Positions 1 to 10,184 of a stretch of 36,963 nt of DNA are shown here, in pieces. The DNA comes from Candidatus Micrarchaeota archaeon (GTDB lineage: Archaea; Micrarchaeota; Micrarchaeia; Norongarragalinales; SBBD01). The number at the start of each line of letters is the position of its first letter. Position 1 is the stretch's first letter. The translations under genes and the position numbers were made by a program. A model generated the notes under the pieces. The model was not told the origin of the DNA and did not search any database. It saw only the letters and a program-made list of their open reading frames with translations. Where the stretch lies: assembly GCA_038046605.1 (NCBI GenBank), contig JBBSVW010000055.1, positions 1-36,963 on the forward strand, in the 5' to 3' direction.

Positions 1-197
1 GCAACCATTACCTTTTGTTGAGGAGTCCGTTCATTAGGATCAATGATTAATGTAGGTTTATGCATTTCCAATTTTTCCAAAACACTTTCTTCAGCCTTCA
101 GAATTCGAGCATGTCCCGCAATGTAGGCTCTTGGTGCAACCGCTTCGGCTGCTTTTCCGATTATAGTCTGTTGTCGCCTAAATCCGCCAATTCCCAT
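1..197 (-). CDS. Hypothetical protein, 5' part only (MGIGGFRRQQTIIGKAAEAVAPRAY...), runs off the window edge
   Basis: ATG at 197 preceded by AGGTGG on the minus strand; frame open to position 1 (read by hand). Confidence 0.55.
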   Translation of the reverse strand, partial: MGIGGFRRQQTIIGKAAEAVAPRAYIAGHARILKAEESVLEKLEMHKPTLIIDPNERTPQQKVMV

Positions 198-586
198 TTA
201 ACCACCTGAAGTAAAAAAAGAATCCATTAATTTAAAATATGACGAGTTAGTGGTTAAAGATTGCTACTTAAAATAATTCAGAACCTCGCTTTACTTGATT
301 CAGTACAAACAATCGGGATATAGGAATTAAGCGAAAGCGCCGGCAAGAACTGTCGTGGAGGCTTATTCTTTTACGCCGGCGCCTCCGCCTTATGCTTATT
401 CTTCCAATTTTCCGTTATATTTGTTTGGTAAAAAAATAATCAAAAATTAGTTGATGATTTTTTGATGATACTCGTAATCGATTCATTTTTCCTAATTTTA
501 GGTTGATATTTCGTAAACTTTTAGTTGATCGCAAAACCAAGCCATTTATAAAATTGATTTTTCAGTTTGGTTGACTTAGGTAGCAT

Positions 587-1459
587 ATGGGCGTTCTCAG
601 GGAGGGCCTAATAAGCCTTCCAAGGATGGCATCAAACGGGGATAGGAAGGATTCCCGCTCGTGGATAGTGCATATCCTAAGCAAGGAATGGCCCCTTCCG
701 GCAAAGGAGATCTACAATCGCATCCACCGGGCAAACGGCTCGGAAATCACCTACCAGGGGATCCATAAATCAATCCGCCAGCTCGAATCCGAAGGCGTTT
801 TGCATAAGGCGAATTCGCGCTACTCCCTAAGCCCTGATTGGATTTCGAGCCTTCGCAAATTTGGCAACGAGCTTGAGGATGCCTTGAAGGGGCGGCGATC
901 GCTCCACCTTGGAGAAATATCCCAAAACTCATCCGTCCAGCTGGTTTTTGATTCTTTCATCGATTTTTTCTACTGGGCAATCGAAGAAGCCCTCGAGCAG
1001 AAGGCAAAAAGCGGGGGGACATTTTCATCCTACGCCTTAACATACCATCCATGGCCAGCCCTTAGCATCTCCAAAGCCCAATATTCCTCGTTAAAATCAC
1101 TTTTCTCCGAGGGCGAGCACTATATCGCATGCAAGGGAAAAGGCCGCCTGGATAAATCGCTCATGAGCGTTTGGAAGGCAGCCGGCGCAAAGATTTCCCT
1201 TGGGGCGGAGAGCCCAAAGAGCAGTGACACTTTTGCATTTGGCGATTTCGTCCTGCAGGTTTTCCCATCCCACCTGGCTAAAAAAGGCCTTAGGGGTATT
1301 TTTTCCGGGCAGGATCATTTGAACGGAAGGACGCTTGTGGAATATTGCCGGCTCTATTTTGAATCGCAAGACCCCGTCACTGTCCTTGTCTCTAGGAATG
1401 CGGAACTTTCAAGCCAGATGCGGGAGGGTGTCATGTCAGAATTTTCAAGGAAGGGCTGA
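587..1459 (+). CDS. Putative transcriptional regulator with N-terminal winged helix-turn-helix
   Basis: WPLPAKEIYNRI...ITYQGIHKSIRQLESEGVL...YSLSPDWI is a wHTH pattern; C-terminal domain not recognised. Confidence 0.65.
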   Translation: MGVLREGLISLPRMASNGDRKDSRSWIVHILSKEWPLPAKEIYNRIHRANGSEITYQGIHKSIRQLESEGVLHKANSRYSLSPDWISSLRKFGNELEDALKGRRSLHLGEISQNSSVQLVFDSFIDFFYWAIEEALEQKAKSGGTFSSYALTYHPWPALSISKAQYSSLKSLFSEGEHYIACKGKGRLDKSLMSVWKAAGAKISLGAESPKSSDTFAFGDFVLQVFPSHLAKKGLRGIFSGQDHLNGRTLVEYCRLYFESQDPVTVLVSRNAELSSQMREGVMSEFSRKG

Positions 1460-1604
1460 TTTCTTCTTATTGGGCTAATAAATTCTCGATGATATTGAGG
1501 ATGAGTTGGTTGCCTAGGAATGGCCCATTTGATGCCAATACTCCGGTTATTTTCCTTTTATCGCCCATAGGAAAAATATTAAATGGCGCAATGATAATGG
1601 ATCC

Positions 1605-2147
1605 ATGTTTGGCATAGATTTGCTCCTCACATTTCAATACGCCCTAATTGGCGCCCTTCTCTCCGAAATTGATGTGATAATTGACGAGAACAAGCGCGCA
1701 TCCGAAAACGCCGCCATTTTGCTTTCCATCATTTGCTCCCTTCTAATGGCGTGGCTAATAATTGCCGATGCCAATTCCGCAATATTGTTTGGTGCAATCC
1801 TTTTTGGGGTTTTCATATCCGGCAAGGTGGATGCGCTGCCATTCATCCTGGGCCTTCTCATATCCGCCGGCGCACTGCTCCAAAGGGCGATTGCATCCGA
1901 TTACCTTTCATACCTTCCAATTGTCCTTGCGCTGGCGTTTTGCGGCGTTGTTGATGAATATGGCAATGACCGCTTGGGCAAAATCAAAAGCAGCCTGATG
2001 AACTGGTTTTTCCGCAGGCGAATAACCATGAAGCTTGGCGTTTTTTCCGTTGCATATCTTGGCGTAATTCCCTTTTCCCATCTAGTTGCATTCCTGGCAT
2101 TCGACATCGCCTATGAGGTGAATTCGGCAAGGGCAGGGAATATTTAG
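1605..2147 (+). CDS. Conserved hypothetical multi-pass membrane protein
   Basis: 180 aa with about 5-6 hydrophobic segments, GKVD and DEYG motifs. Confidence 0.6.
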   Translation: MFGIDLLLTFQYALIGALLSEIDVIIDENKRASENAAILLSIICSLLMAWLIIADANSAILFGAILFGVFISGKVDALPFILGLLISAGALLQRAIASDYLSYLPIVLALAFCGVVDEYGNDRLGKIKSSLMNWFFRRRITMKLGVFSVAYLGVIPFSHLVAFLAFDIAYEVNSARAGNI

Positions 2148-2171
2148 CGCAAGTAATTAGCAAAATTTCAA

Positions 2172-2726
2172 TCAAATTTTCCCCAAAAGATCCGCCTTTG
2201 TGATTATCCCCAATATCCCGTTGCCCTGCATTACAACCACCGCCTGGGAATCGCGCAGTATGTGCCTTATCGTTGTTTGAGTGGTATTTTTTGCAATTGT
2301 TGGGAATGCCTCCTCGGAAATTTCCGATATCCTGCTTTTGCTGGGATTGAATGCGCTTTCCTCTTCCATTCTTGAAATTATTCCCTTTTCAGTGAGGCTG
2401 CCTGTTGGGTGGCCATGCCCATCGAGGATAAGAAGCTGAGAAATACCCTCGCGCTTCATTATGCGGATCCCTTCAATAACTTTTTGCCCTCCCCTAACCG
2501 AAAAAATCCGCCTATTCATGATCGAGGAAGCGGAATTTTCCCCTTCTTTCCTTGCACTTTCGAGGGCTTCGAAAATGGCCTTTGCCTTCGAATAGGCGGG
2601 GTCGGTCTTGCCGCCCTCAATTTTGGCAATTGTTGGCTGCGAAACCCCGCTTTGCCTTGAAAGCGTTTTTTGCGTTAAGCCTGCGCTTTCCCTCATCCTT
2701 CTTATTTCAGATAGCTCAAATAACAT
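2172..2726 (-). CDS. XRE-HTH plus CBS-domain transcriptional regulator (COG3620-like)
   Basis: GLTQKTLSRQSGVSQPTIAKIEGGKTDP HTH followed by a CBS pair ending GIITKADLL; ATG at 2726 chosen (ORF track starts 2747). Confidence 0.9.
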   Translation of the reverse strand: MLFELSEIRRMRESAGLTQKTLSRQSGVSQPTIAKIEGGKTDPAYSKAKAIFEALESARKEGENSASSIMNRRIFSVRGGQKVIEGIRIMKREGISQLLILDGHGHPTGSLTEKGIISRMEEESAFNPSKSRISEISEEAFPTIAKNTTQTTIRHILRDSQAVVVMQGNGILGIITKADLLGKI

Positions 2727-2905
2727 GGCCGATACCCCCAAAGGCAAAAATTGTGTTGCCCTATATGCTCGGATAAATATGCCCTTTGGATAGGCATCCG
2801 TTCATTTCGCCCAATATTCATTTAAGAATATTTAATTTAATAATGAATCGTAAGTGCCATTATTAAGAGAACGGTGGTAAATTCGCATAAGAATCAGGTG
2901 ATCAT

Positions 2906-4093
2906 ATGGTCCAAAGAAACATAAGCGTGGAGATGGGCGTTAAGGAAATAGGCTCGGTTGAAATTGTCGAGCGCAAGGGCATTGGCCATCCCGATTCCTT
3001 GTGCGATGGCATTGCCGAGGAGGTAAGCGTTGCGCTTTGCAGGGAATATGTCAGGCAATGCGGCACCATACTTCATCACAATACTGACAAGGTTCTTCTA
3101 AATGCGGGAGAATCCGAGGCAAGCTACGGCCATGGGAAGATATTGAAGCCAATTTATCTGGTCCTTTCGGGCAACGCCACCTATAAGACCCGCGATTTTG
3201 AAATCAATGTGCCGCATGTTGCAATCAAGGCGGCAAAGGAATACCTCAAATCCGTGCTTCGGTTCATCGATGTGGAGGATGATGTGGTGGTGGATTCGCA
3301 TATTGCTAGGGGATCTGTAGATTTGGTTGACATTTTTTCAAGGAAGGGCAAAAAAGCCAGCAATGACACCTCCTTTGGCTGCGGTTATGCGCCCTTTTCA
3401 CGCCTTGAGGAAAAGGTGCTCAAAATTGAAAAGCACCTCAATTCCCCCGAATTCAAAAAGCACGTGCCCGCATGCGGCGAGGACATCAAGGTCATGGGCC
3501 TTAGGGATGGCTCAAAGTTCAAGATCACAATAGCAAGCGCCATGGTTTCCAAATACATTTCCGGAATTGAGGGATACAAGGAGGCAATCGCAAAAATCCG
3601 CAGTGAGGCAGATAAGATTATCGGGGATGCCGATACGGTAATCCAGGTGAATACCGGCGATAATTATGAAACGGGAAGCATTTACTTGACGGCCATTGGC
3701 ACATCCGCGGAGGCCGGCGATCCGGGATCCGTGGGCAGGGGAAATAGGGTAAATGGGCTAATTGCGCCATTCCGCCCAATGTCCCTGGAAGCCGCCGCCG
3801 GCAAGAATCCCGTGACGCATATTGGGAAAATTTACAATGTCGCTGCGTTCCATTTCGCAAATGAAATTCTGCGCGAATACCCGCAGGTTTCTGATTGCGA
3901 AATTTACCTGCTATCCCAAATTGGGATGCCGGTTGACCAGCCCAAGATTGCCGATGTAAGGATAAAAACAAAGGCAACGGGGCCGGAATTCGACCGGATA
4001 AAAAAGGGCGTTCATGGCCTAATTGACAGCCGGCTTGAAAATATTTCCAGCATAACGCAGATGATTGTCGACAAGAAGCTTCCGGTATTTTGA
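2906..4093 (+). CDS. mat: S-adenosylmethionine synthetase, archaeal type
   Basis: [70 protein letters not shown]. Confidence 0.96.
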   Translation: MVQRNISVEMGVKEIGSVEIVERKGIGHPDSLCDGIAEEVSVALCREYVRQCGTILHHNTDKVLLNAGESEASYGHGKILKPIYLVLSGNATYKTRDFEINVPHVAIKAAKEYLKSVLRFIDVEDDVVVDSHIARGSVDLVDIFSRKGKKASNDTSFGCGYAPFSRLEEKVLKIEKHLNSPEFKKHVPACGEDIKVMGLRDGSKFKITIASAMVSKYISGIEGYKEAIAKIRSEADKIIGDADTVIQVNTGDNYETGSIYLTAIGTSAEAGDPGSVGRGNRVNGLIAPFRPMSLEAAAGKNPVTHIGKIYNVAAFHFANEILREYPQVSDCEIYLLSQIGMPVDQPKIADVRIKTKATGPEFDRIKKGVHGLIDSRLENISSITQMIVDKKLPVF

Positions 4094-4274
4094 TGCATAT
4101 CCTTCCGGGCAGTAATTGATTTGTTAGCGGCAAATGCCGTTATTAAGCTGATTAGGTGTTGCGTTCAATCCGTTCATTTACCTGGGCGGGCAATTTTCCG
4201 GGGGCATTTTTAGGATATTTCCCTACTTGGGGTTTTTTATATTGCGGATGCCTTTTGTTCGTAAGGAATGATGT

Positions 4275-4757
4275 ATGATTAGCAGTTTTCAGTTCCGTAT
4301 TCTTTTGCTGAACATTCCAATCATTACCATCTGGCATGTCAACTTATTTATCGCAACAATCCTTTCCGCATCAATCGTTCCCCTCCCCAGCGAACCGGCA
4401 ATTGTGCTTTCCTTAAAGCTCATGGGCCCATTGGAGGTTTTTTTCATCGCGGTAATCGGTTCCATGATAGGTTCGGTTTCAAATTACTACATAGGCTACA
4501 AAGGAGTACACACCTGGCTGGCAAAGCGGGACCCAAAATTGGAAAAAAGGGCGGAGGGCCTTATAAATAAGTATGGTTTTTCCATGCTATTGCTTGCGCC
4601 TTGGATCCCATTTGTTGGCGATCCCCTCCTGATAGTTGCAGGCGCGCTTGAGATGGATTTCTACCGCTTCTTTGTGTGGGTGCTTGTTGCAAGGATGTTC
4701 AAGGTTGCAGCCCTGATATATTTCGGGGTTGAATTCTTCAAGCTTTCCGTTATTTGA
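4275..4757 (+). CDS. DedA/YqaA (VTT, SNARE-associated) family membrane protein
   Basis: SASIVPLPSE, GSMIGSVSNYYIG, WIPFVGDPLLIVAG motifs; start uncertain. Confidence 0.85.
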   Translation: MISSFQFRILLLNIPIITIWHVNLFIATILSASIVPLPSEPAIVLSLKLMGPLEVFFIAVIGSMIGSVSNYYIGYKGVHTWLAKRDPKLEKRAEGLINKYGFSMLLLAPWIPFVGDPLLIVAGALEMDFYRFFVWVLVARMFKVAALIYFGVEFFKLSVI

Positions 4758-4820
4758 GCAATTTGTTTTTGTTTGATAATGCGGGATATTTTTTCCTAAT
4801 TTCGATCCTTGCCCCCGCAA

Positions 4821-6542
4821 TTAGTCCTTGAAAAACAGCCTGTTGCTTGATTCTGGCTTATCCTTCTCGTATCCGATAAGGTCCAAAAATCTCCAAAGCA
4901 AAACCAGGAAGATGAATACGATGATGATCCTTGACGCATCCGCCGGAACCTCGATTATGGATAGCAGGAACGGGGAGAGGATGAATATCCCAAGCACGAG
5001 CAGCAGCTTTGCAAAATCGCTTGCAATATGCGCTGCCGAAAAATCGTGCCTATGCTGGGCAAGGGAGAGCCTGATCAGGTTGTATTCCATGGCAAAATTC
5101 CGGATGAGCTTATAGATTAGGAACAGGATTACAATTCCCGCAAAACCCGCAAGTATTCCAAAAGCGCCAATTGTAATGCCAAAGAGTTCGACGGTATAGT
5201 TTGATAGCAAATACCATCCTGCGCCAGTTAAGCCCAGGAATATCCCAATTGTTCCCGCATTGTCAATGATGGAGGCCCCTACTTTTGAAAATGCCATTGA
5301 AAAGCGGTTGCTTCCCTCGAAAACGGATGTGATCTCCCTCATGTATTCCGCAAAGCGCCGTCCCCTCCTTTTGAGCGAATAGGGCATGATATTTGTTGTG
5401 AACAAATGAATTCCTTCATACCTGCCGACAAGAAGCGATGTTGCAAGGGAGGAAATGAATACCACAACCGATGTCACTCCGACAAGGTCGATTATTCCGG
5501 ATGAAACGCTTGCCCCCTCCTTTGCAATCAGTAGTGAGAATTCCCCAACGGATAGCATCGCAAGGCCGGAAAAAACCGCGGAACGTGATGAAAAACCAAA
5601 CAGATAGGCGGAAATGCTGGTCCCAACGAATTTGAAAATGATGTTGGCAATCGAAATGAGGGCAATCAACAACCAATACTGGCCAAGTGATGAGATGTCA
5701 ATCAGCATGCCAATTGACATGAAGAAAAGGGATGAAAATACGAGGGCAAATGGGGATATTGCCCGTTCCAGCTCCTCGCCTTTTGGGAGTGAGGCAACAA
5801 GGCTCCCTGCGAGGAATGCGCCAATCGAAGGGGTCAAATGTACGCTTTCCGCAAAAAAGCTAAGGCCAACCCCAAGGCTTAATGCGCTGAAAACCATCGT
5901 CTCTCCTGCCTGGTATTTCACAAGCCAATCGAATACGACCCTTAGCACGCGCAGGAGAATTACATAGGCAGCTGAAAGGATGGCAAGCGCCGTTACGATT
6001 GAAGCCAGAAGGCCAAATGATGTAACCTGCTCGCCAGCATTCAGGCTTGAAAAAACCGTCAGGAAGAAAATTGCGAAAAGATCCTCAACAATTAGTGAAG
6101 CAACAAGGATTGGCACCTCCTTGCGATTGATCATCTCCTTTTGCTCAAGGACACGGACCACAAGCGCAGTTGAGCTGATTGAAAGGATCGCCCCAAGATA
6201 TAATGACAAAATGGGCGAAAAGCCAAGAAGCGCCCCAAACCAATATGATAGGAGGAAAACAATGCCCAGCTTGAATAGGGCAATTAGGAAAACGCGCATT
6301 CCAAGCTTTGAAAGCTTTGATACGTTGAATTCAATTCCAATAGTGAAAAGCAGCAGCACTGCGCCAACATCCGCAAAGGTGTTCACAAGTTCGCTTGCCT
6401 GCACCAATTTGAGGTTGTAGGGGCCAATGATTGCGCCAATTGCCAAAAGGCCAAGGACCGCGGGCTGCTTGAACCTAATTGCCAGCGCGCCTGCAATTGT
6501 TGCAAATATGATGAGAAAGCCGATTTCAGGAAACAATACCAT
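4821..6542 (-). CDS. Cation:proton antiporter (CPA2/KefB-like) with extra C-terminal membrane region
   Basis: GAIIGP, LLFTIGIEF, SISSTALV, LIVEDL, IGAFLAG, GEFSLLIA; upstream GTG at 6563 also possible. Confidence 0.9.
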   Translation of the reverse strand: MVLFPEIGFLIIFATIAGALAIRFKQPAVLGLLAIGAIIGPYNLKLVQASELVNTFADVGAVLLLFTIGIEFNVSKLSKLGMRVFLIALFKLGIVFLLSYWFGALLGFSPILSLYLGAILSISSTALVVRVLEQKEMINRKEVPILVASLIVEDLFAIFFLTVFSSLNAGEQVTSFGLLASIVTALAILSAAYVILLRVLRVVFDWLVKYQAGETMVFSALSLGVGLSFFAESVHLTPSIGAFLAGSLVASLPKGEELERAISPFALVFSSLFFMSIGMLIDISSLGQYWLLIALISIANIIFKFVGTSISAYLFGFSSRSAVFSGLAMLSVGEFSLLIAKEGASVSSGIIDLVGVTSVVVFISSLATSLLVGRYEGIHLFTTNIMPYSLKRRGRRFAEYMREITSVFEGSNRFSMAFSKVGASIIDNAGTIGIFLGLTGAGWYLLSNYTVELFGITIGAFGILAGFAGIVILFLIYKLIRNFAMEYNLIRLSLAQHRHDFSAAHIASDFAKLLLVLGIFILSPFLLSIIEVPADASRIIIVFIFLVLLWRFLDLIGYEKDKPESSNRLFFKD

Positions 6543-6588
6543 TAGGATCCCACACCTTTTCACACGAATCGTATTTTAACATGCCGCT

Positions 6589-6690
6589 GACACCGCTAGG
6601 GGGATAAGTTTCCCCCTATCTCGCGTTTCGTAGAGTTTGCCTCTACTAATGTCCGAATTGCCCACCAATTCGTACATCGCCTCTAGCCCC
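6589..6690 (-). repeat. Expanded, degenerate copy of the GTAG-hairpin element
   Basis: Minus strand reads AAATAA-GGGGCTAGAGGCGATG...GTAGAGGCAAACTCTAC...TAGGGGGAAACTTATCCCCCTAGCGGTGTC; same ends as the copies at 21480 and 24887. Confidence 0.75.
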
Positions 6691-6858
6691 TTATTTTGCC
6701 CTCCGAAATCCATAATTGATGTGATTTGCCCTCGTAAATCAAATATGGGCAAAGACCCCTAACTGTTTATCTGATCCGTTTGAATGCTCAATTTGCCCTA
6801 ACTTGTTTTATTCGAATTATTCGCAAGCATTTTATATCAAGGAAGCGGAATTATATTG

Positions 6859-7629
6859 ATGATGCGCATGTCCCAAGAGCTCAAAACCGCAATTCTGGCC
6901 GCAAGGAAGGCGGGCACAATATCCCTTGCGCATTTCAAGAGGGGGGTTGCTTATGAAATGAAGCCTGATAATACCCCTGTTACAAAAATCGACAGGATGT
7001 GCGAGAGGGAAATTATCCGGATAATCCGTTCCAAATTCCCAAATGATTCTATCCTTGGTGAGGAATCTGGAAGACATGCCGGTGATTTGCAACGGCGATG
7101 GATAATTGATCCAATTGACGGCACCAAATCCTTCATCAGGGGCCTTCCATTCTATGGCAACCTTGTTGCTTTCGAGGATTGCGGCGAAATAACCGCGAGT
7201 GCAATCTGCATCCCAGCAATGGGCCTATCCATGCATGCGGAAATTGGCAAGGGCGCTTTTTGCAACGGGAAAAAATTGCAGGTTTCGAATGTTTCGCGCC
7301 TTGATGAAGCCTACATTCTGCATGGGCGGGGAAAAGGTTTTCTGGAAAAGGGCTATTTGAAAAAACTGCGCATTCTTTTGAATTCCGTTTACCATTCATG
7401 GGGAATTGGGGATGTTTACGGCTATTACCTTCTTGCAAGTGGCAGGGTGGATGCATTCGTCGAAACATTTCCGCACCCTTGGGATGTGGCTGCGCCAAAA
7501 CTAATTGTTGAGGAAGCCGGAGGCGCTTTTTCCGACCTTACCGGAAAATCCACATTAGTCTCAAAAAACATCGCAATTTCGAGCAACGGCAAAATACACA
7601 ATGAGCTGATCAGGATCCTCAAAAAATAG
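6859..7629 (+). CDS. Inositol monophosphatase / histidinol-phosphate phosphatase family protein
   Basis: PVTKIDR, ILGEE, WIIDPIDGTKSF, PWDVAA motifs; start could be 6862 or 6868. Confidence 0.92.
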   Translation: MMRMSQELKTAILAARKAGTISLAHFKRGVAYEMKPDNTPVTKIDRMCEREIIRIIRSKFPNDSILGEESGRHAGDLQRRWIIDPIDGTKSFIRGLPFYGNLVAFEDCGEITASAICIPAMGLSMHAEIGKGAFCNGKKLQVSNVSRLDEAYILHGRGKGFLEKGYLKKLRILLNSVYHSWGIGDVYGYYLLASGRVDAFVETFPHPWDVAAPKLIVEEAGGAFSDLTGKSTLVSKNIAISSNGKIHNELIRILKK

Positions 7630-7637
7630 GTGATAGT

Positions 7638-7835
7638 ATGGCGGAAATTAAGCGGCTTTACAGATCGAGGAAGGACCGTATACTTGGGGGTGTTTGCGGA
7701 GGGATGGGGAAATATTTTGGCGTAGATCCGGTGCTAGTTAGGCTTTTGTTTGTCCTCCTTGCTTTTGGGGCAGGCTCAGGAATCCTGCTTTACCTTGTGG
7801 CATGGCTGATTGTTCCGGAAGATCCCAAGGGGTAA
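7638..7835 (+). CDS. pspC: PspC domain membrane protein
   Basis: KRLYRSRKDRILGGVCGGMGKYFGVDPVLVRL...YLVAWLIVP; AGGTGA RBS. Confidence 0.93.
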   Translation: MAEIKRLYRSRKDRILGGVCGGMGKYFGVDPVLVRLLFVLLAFGAGSGILLYLVAWLIVPEDPKG

Positions 7836-7894
7836 TGGCGCAGTTTTGCATTATTCCCGCCTCTTTTTAATATTCGTTCCCAAAATATAGCGCT

Positions 7895-7966
7895 GCCTCC
7901 GTAGCTCAGTAGTAGAGCGTTTGTCTCGTAAACAAAAGGCCGCGAGTGCGATTCTCGCCGGGGGCT
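7895..7966 (+). tRNA. tRNA-Thr (CGT), no intron
   Basis: Acceptor GCCTCCG/CGGGGGC, D arm GCTC/GAGC, anticodon arm TTTGT-CT-CGT-AA-ACAAA, T arm GCGAG/CTCGC, discriminator U. Confidence 0.93.
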
Positions 7967-7978
7967 TATAGGTCCATC

Positions 7979-8908
7979 TCAACCCCTGCACCTTTCCCTT
8001 ATTGTAGCATTGATGATTTCAAAGCACATGCCTTTATCGGAGGTTAAAGAAGCCCCTATTTCCAAGCAATTATCGTGCATGATTTCATTCTTGACCCTTC
8101 TGCAAAGCATAAGCGTCATGACACTAGAATTGCTTTTGCCAATTGCCTGGATATAGTTGCAATGGTCGCTCGCATTCGATCCAAGGGGGAATTGTTTGCA
8201 CAATTCAGGAGTAAGTTTTACATCGGTGGAAAGTAGGCAGTCCCATCTTTCTTCAGGGTCTTTTATTACGTCGCACACTCCGGTCCCCGTATCGAAAAGC
8301 GCAAAATATATTCTGCAAATCCTGCGTGAATCCTGGCCGATAACCTTATCGCAATATGCAAAGTCGTTATTAACTATAGCTTTGGCATGGAAACATTCAT
8401 CATTATCCGCCTCCTTTGCCATTGTTCCGCATGCGCTCCAATCCCTTGAGATGGCAGTGACTTCAATATAGCATACGGTCTTGCCTTCAGTTAAGGAAAT
8501 TTTTTGGCATAGATCCAGGTTTTTTGTTGCTTTTGCCACGCCTGCGATGCATAATTCACGGCTGCCAAGATCAGATACCTTGTTGCATAAATCGATTTCC
8601 CGATTATCCTCCCCTAGGCCAAAATAGCTTCCTTCCGGCGGTATCGGTTCGCCTGAAGGGAAGGGTATGGGCGATGCATCTGAGCAGGTGCAGATGCTGA
8701 TGTTCATCCTGCTCGTGTTGAAGCTTAATTTGCATTCGCATCTTGGGTTAATGGGCAACGCTGCCTGCGTTATTGCGGGCTGGCAGGAGTTTTTGCCTAT
8801 GCAAAAAGATGGAAATTGCTTTCCAGTTGATGAGTTTTCGATCAATAATAGGAGAAACAGTGCCGATATGGCTATTAACGAAAAAAACACATATTTTATC
8901 GGCGCCAT
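7979..8908 (-). CDS. Membrane-anchored or secreted Cys-rich repeat protein
   Basis: N-terminal hydrophobic helix, then about 8 repeats of roughly 25 aa of the form C-x2-(I/V)-x6-7-C. Confidence 0.8.
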   Translation of the reverse strand: MAPIKYVFFSLIAISALFLLLLIENSSTGKQFPSFCIGKNSCQPAITQAALPINPRCECKLSFNTSRMNISICTCSDASPIPFPSGEPIPPEGSYFGLGEDNREIDLCNKVSDLGSRELCIAGVAKATKNLDLCQKISLTEGKTVCYIEVTAISRDWSACGTMAKEADNDECFHAKAIVNNDFAYCDKVIGQDSRRICRIYFALFDTGTGVCDVIKDPEERWDCLLSTDVKLTPELCKQFPLGSNASDHCNYIQAIGKSNSSVMTLMLCRRVKNEIMHDNCLEIGASLTSDKGMCFEIINATIRERCRG

Positions 8909-9062
8909 AAATTCCTAAGACTCGTTTAATTATTAAAATAATACTAATATTCCATATCTTTAATGATGGGGCACTGCAAACCAAAAACCTAGCATTAATT
9001 ACCCGCAGCACCCCATCCGCAAATTTATTAATCTTCAGCAGGCACTATCAATGCGGTGTTTT

Positions 9063-9608
9063 ATGCCACATAAATGCGTTCGGTGCGGCCTCATGTACGG
9101 AACCGGATCCGATGAGCTCTTCAAGGGTTGCAGCTGCGGCTCGAGGATTTTCATGTTCATCAAGCCCGAGCTTGTCACGCTCAAGGAGCAAATGGACATC
9201 ATGGAACGGGAAAGCAAAAGCATGCTCTTGGAAAACAAGGAAGCTCTTGAGGAAATTTCAGAAATCGTCCCTATTTCAATTGAAAAGGCGCCGGCAGCAG
9301 TCCAAATCGATATTGGAACCATGAACCGCCCCCTTCTTTCCAACATAGGGGAATTGGAAAAAATCGCAAAATCTGAAAGGAAACGAATCGAACTTGCAAT
9401 GGAGGCATCTGAAATTCTTGAACAAACCCAGCAAGCGCCCATATCCCCTAGTGAAAAAGGCGTTGAAAACATCACAATTCTTGAAAAGGGCCAGTATGTG
9501 CTCGATATCAACTCCTTAATGTCCGGAAGCCCCTTGGTCATCCGTTCCGAGCACGGGATCTTTTACATCCGCATTCCTGCACCGATAAAAAAGAAGGTGA
9601 AATCATAG
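9063..9608 (+). CDS. Zn-ribbon protein, DUF2072/OapC-like
   Basis: MPHKCVRCG...GCSCGSRIF N-terminus and VENITILEKGQYVLDINSLM...EHGIFYI C-terminus. Confidence 0.8.
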   Translation: MPHKCVRCGLMYGTGSDELFKGCSCGSRIFMFIKPELVTLKEQMDIMERESKSMLLENKEALEEISEIVPISIEKAPAAVQIDIGTMNRPLLSNIGELEKIAKSERKRIELAMEASEILEQTQQAPISPSEKGVENITILEKGQYVLDINSLMSGSPLVIRSEHGIFYIRIPAPIKKKVKS

Positions 9609-9893
9609 ATGGCGCAAATTTCAACAACATCCGGCTTTGTGACGCTGGCATTTGGGAATACCGAATTGGTTATTGTTGCGGTAGTTGCAATCATACTTGC
9701 AATAGCGGTCCTGGTGATACTAAAAAAGCTGATTGTAAATTCCGTTTTGGGGATTGTTGCCTTGATCATCCTCAATGCAGTCGGTTTGAAAATCAATGTG
9801 ACTTTTCTTTCCTTCCTAATTGTTGCAGTTCTAGGCCTATTTGGCGTGGCACTCCTAGCCGTCTTCAATCTGCTTGGAATTAAGGTGCCCTGA
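9609..9893 (+). CDS. BofA-like (pro-sigmaK processing inhibitor family) small membrane protein
   Basis: Three hydrophobic helices with LIVNSVLG and LGLFGV motifs typical of this family. Confidence 0.65.
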   Translation: MAQISTTSGFVTLAFGNTELVIVAVVAIILAIAVLVILKKLIVNSVLGIVALIILNAVGLKINVTFLSFLIVAVLGLFGVALLAVFNLLGIKVP

Positions 9894-9908
9894 ACATTTT
9901 GCACTAAG

Positions 9909-10079
9909 TCATTTGGAATATTCCAGGAGCATCTTTCCGGCGCCTAAAATGAGCAGGATGGACAAAAGGAAAAATCCAAGGTAATTTGAAATTCGCCCCC
10001 CATCGGAGATGAATGTGAAATAGTAGACTGCAAATGCGCAAATTACAAGTGCCGGAAACCAGAACCTGACCTCCCCCAT
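9909..10079 (-). CDS. Small two-helix membrane protein
   Basis: MGEVRFWFPALVIC...; GAGGGTGG RBS; 56 aa. Confidence 0.5.
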   Translation of the reverse strand: MGEVRFWFPALVICAFAVYYFTFISDGGRISNYLGFFLLSILLILGAGKMLLEYSK

Positions 10080-10184
10080 TTGCCCACCCTCAACAATTAG
10101 TTTAATTCCCTGCGAATTCACATTAATATCATTTGCGGTGCCTAAGGGGTCAGGTTTATTATTGGTTTTATACAGAACAATTGC

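Noticed and set aside
9063-9608. Replication origin implied by the OapC-like gene
   Set aside because: No oapA/oapB, no cdc6/orc1 and no ORB repeats were recognised nearby
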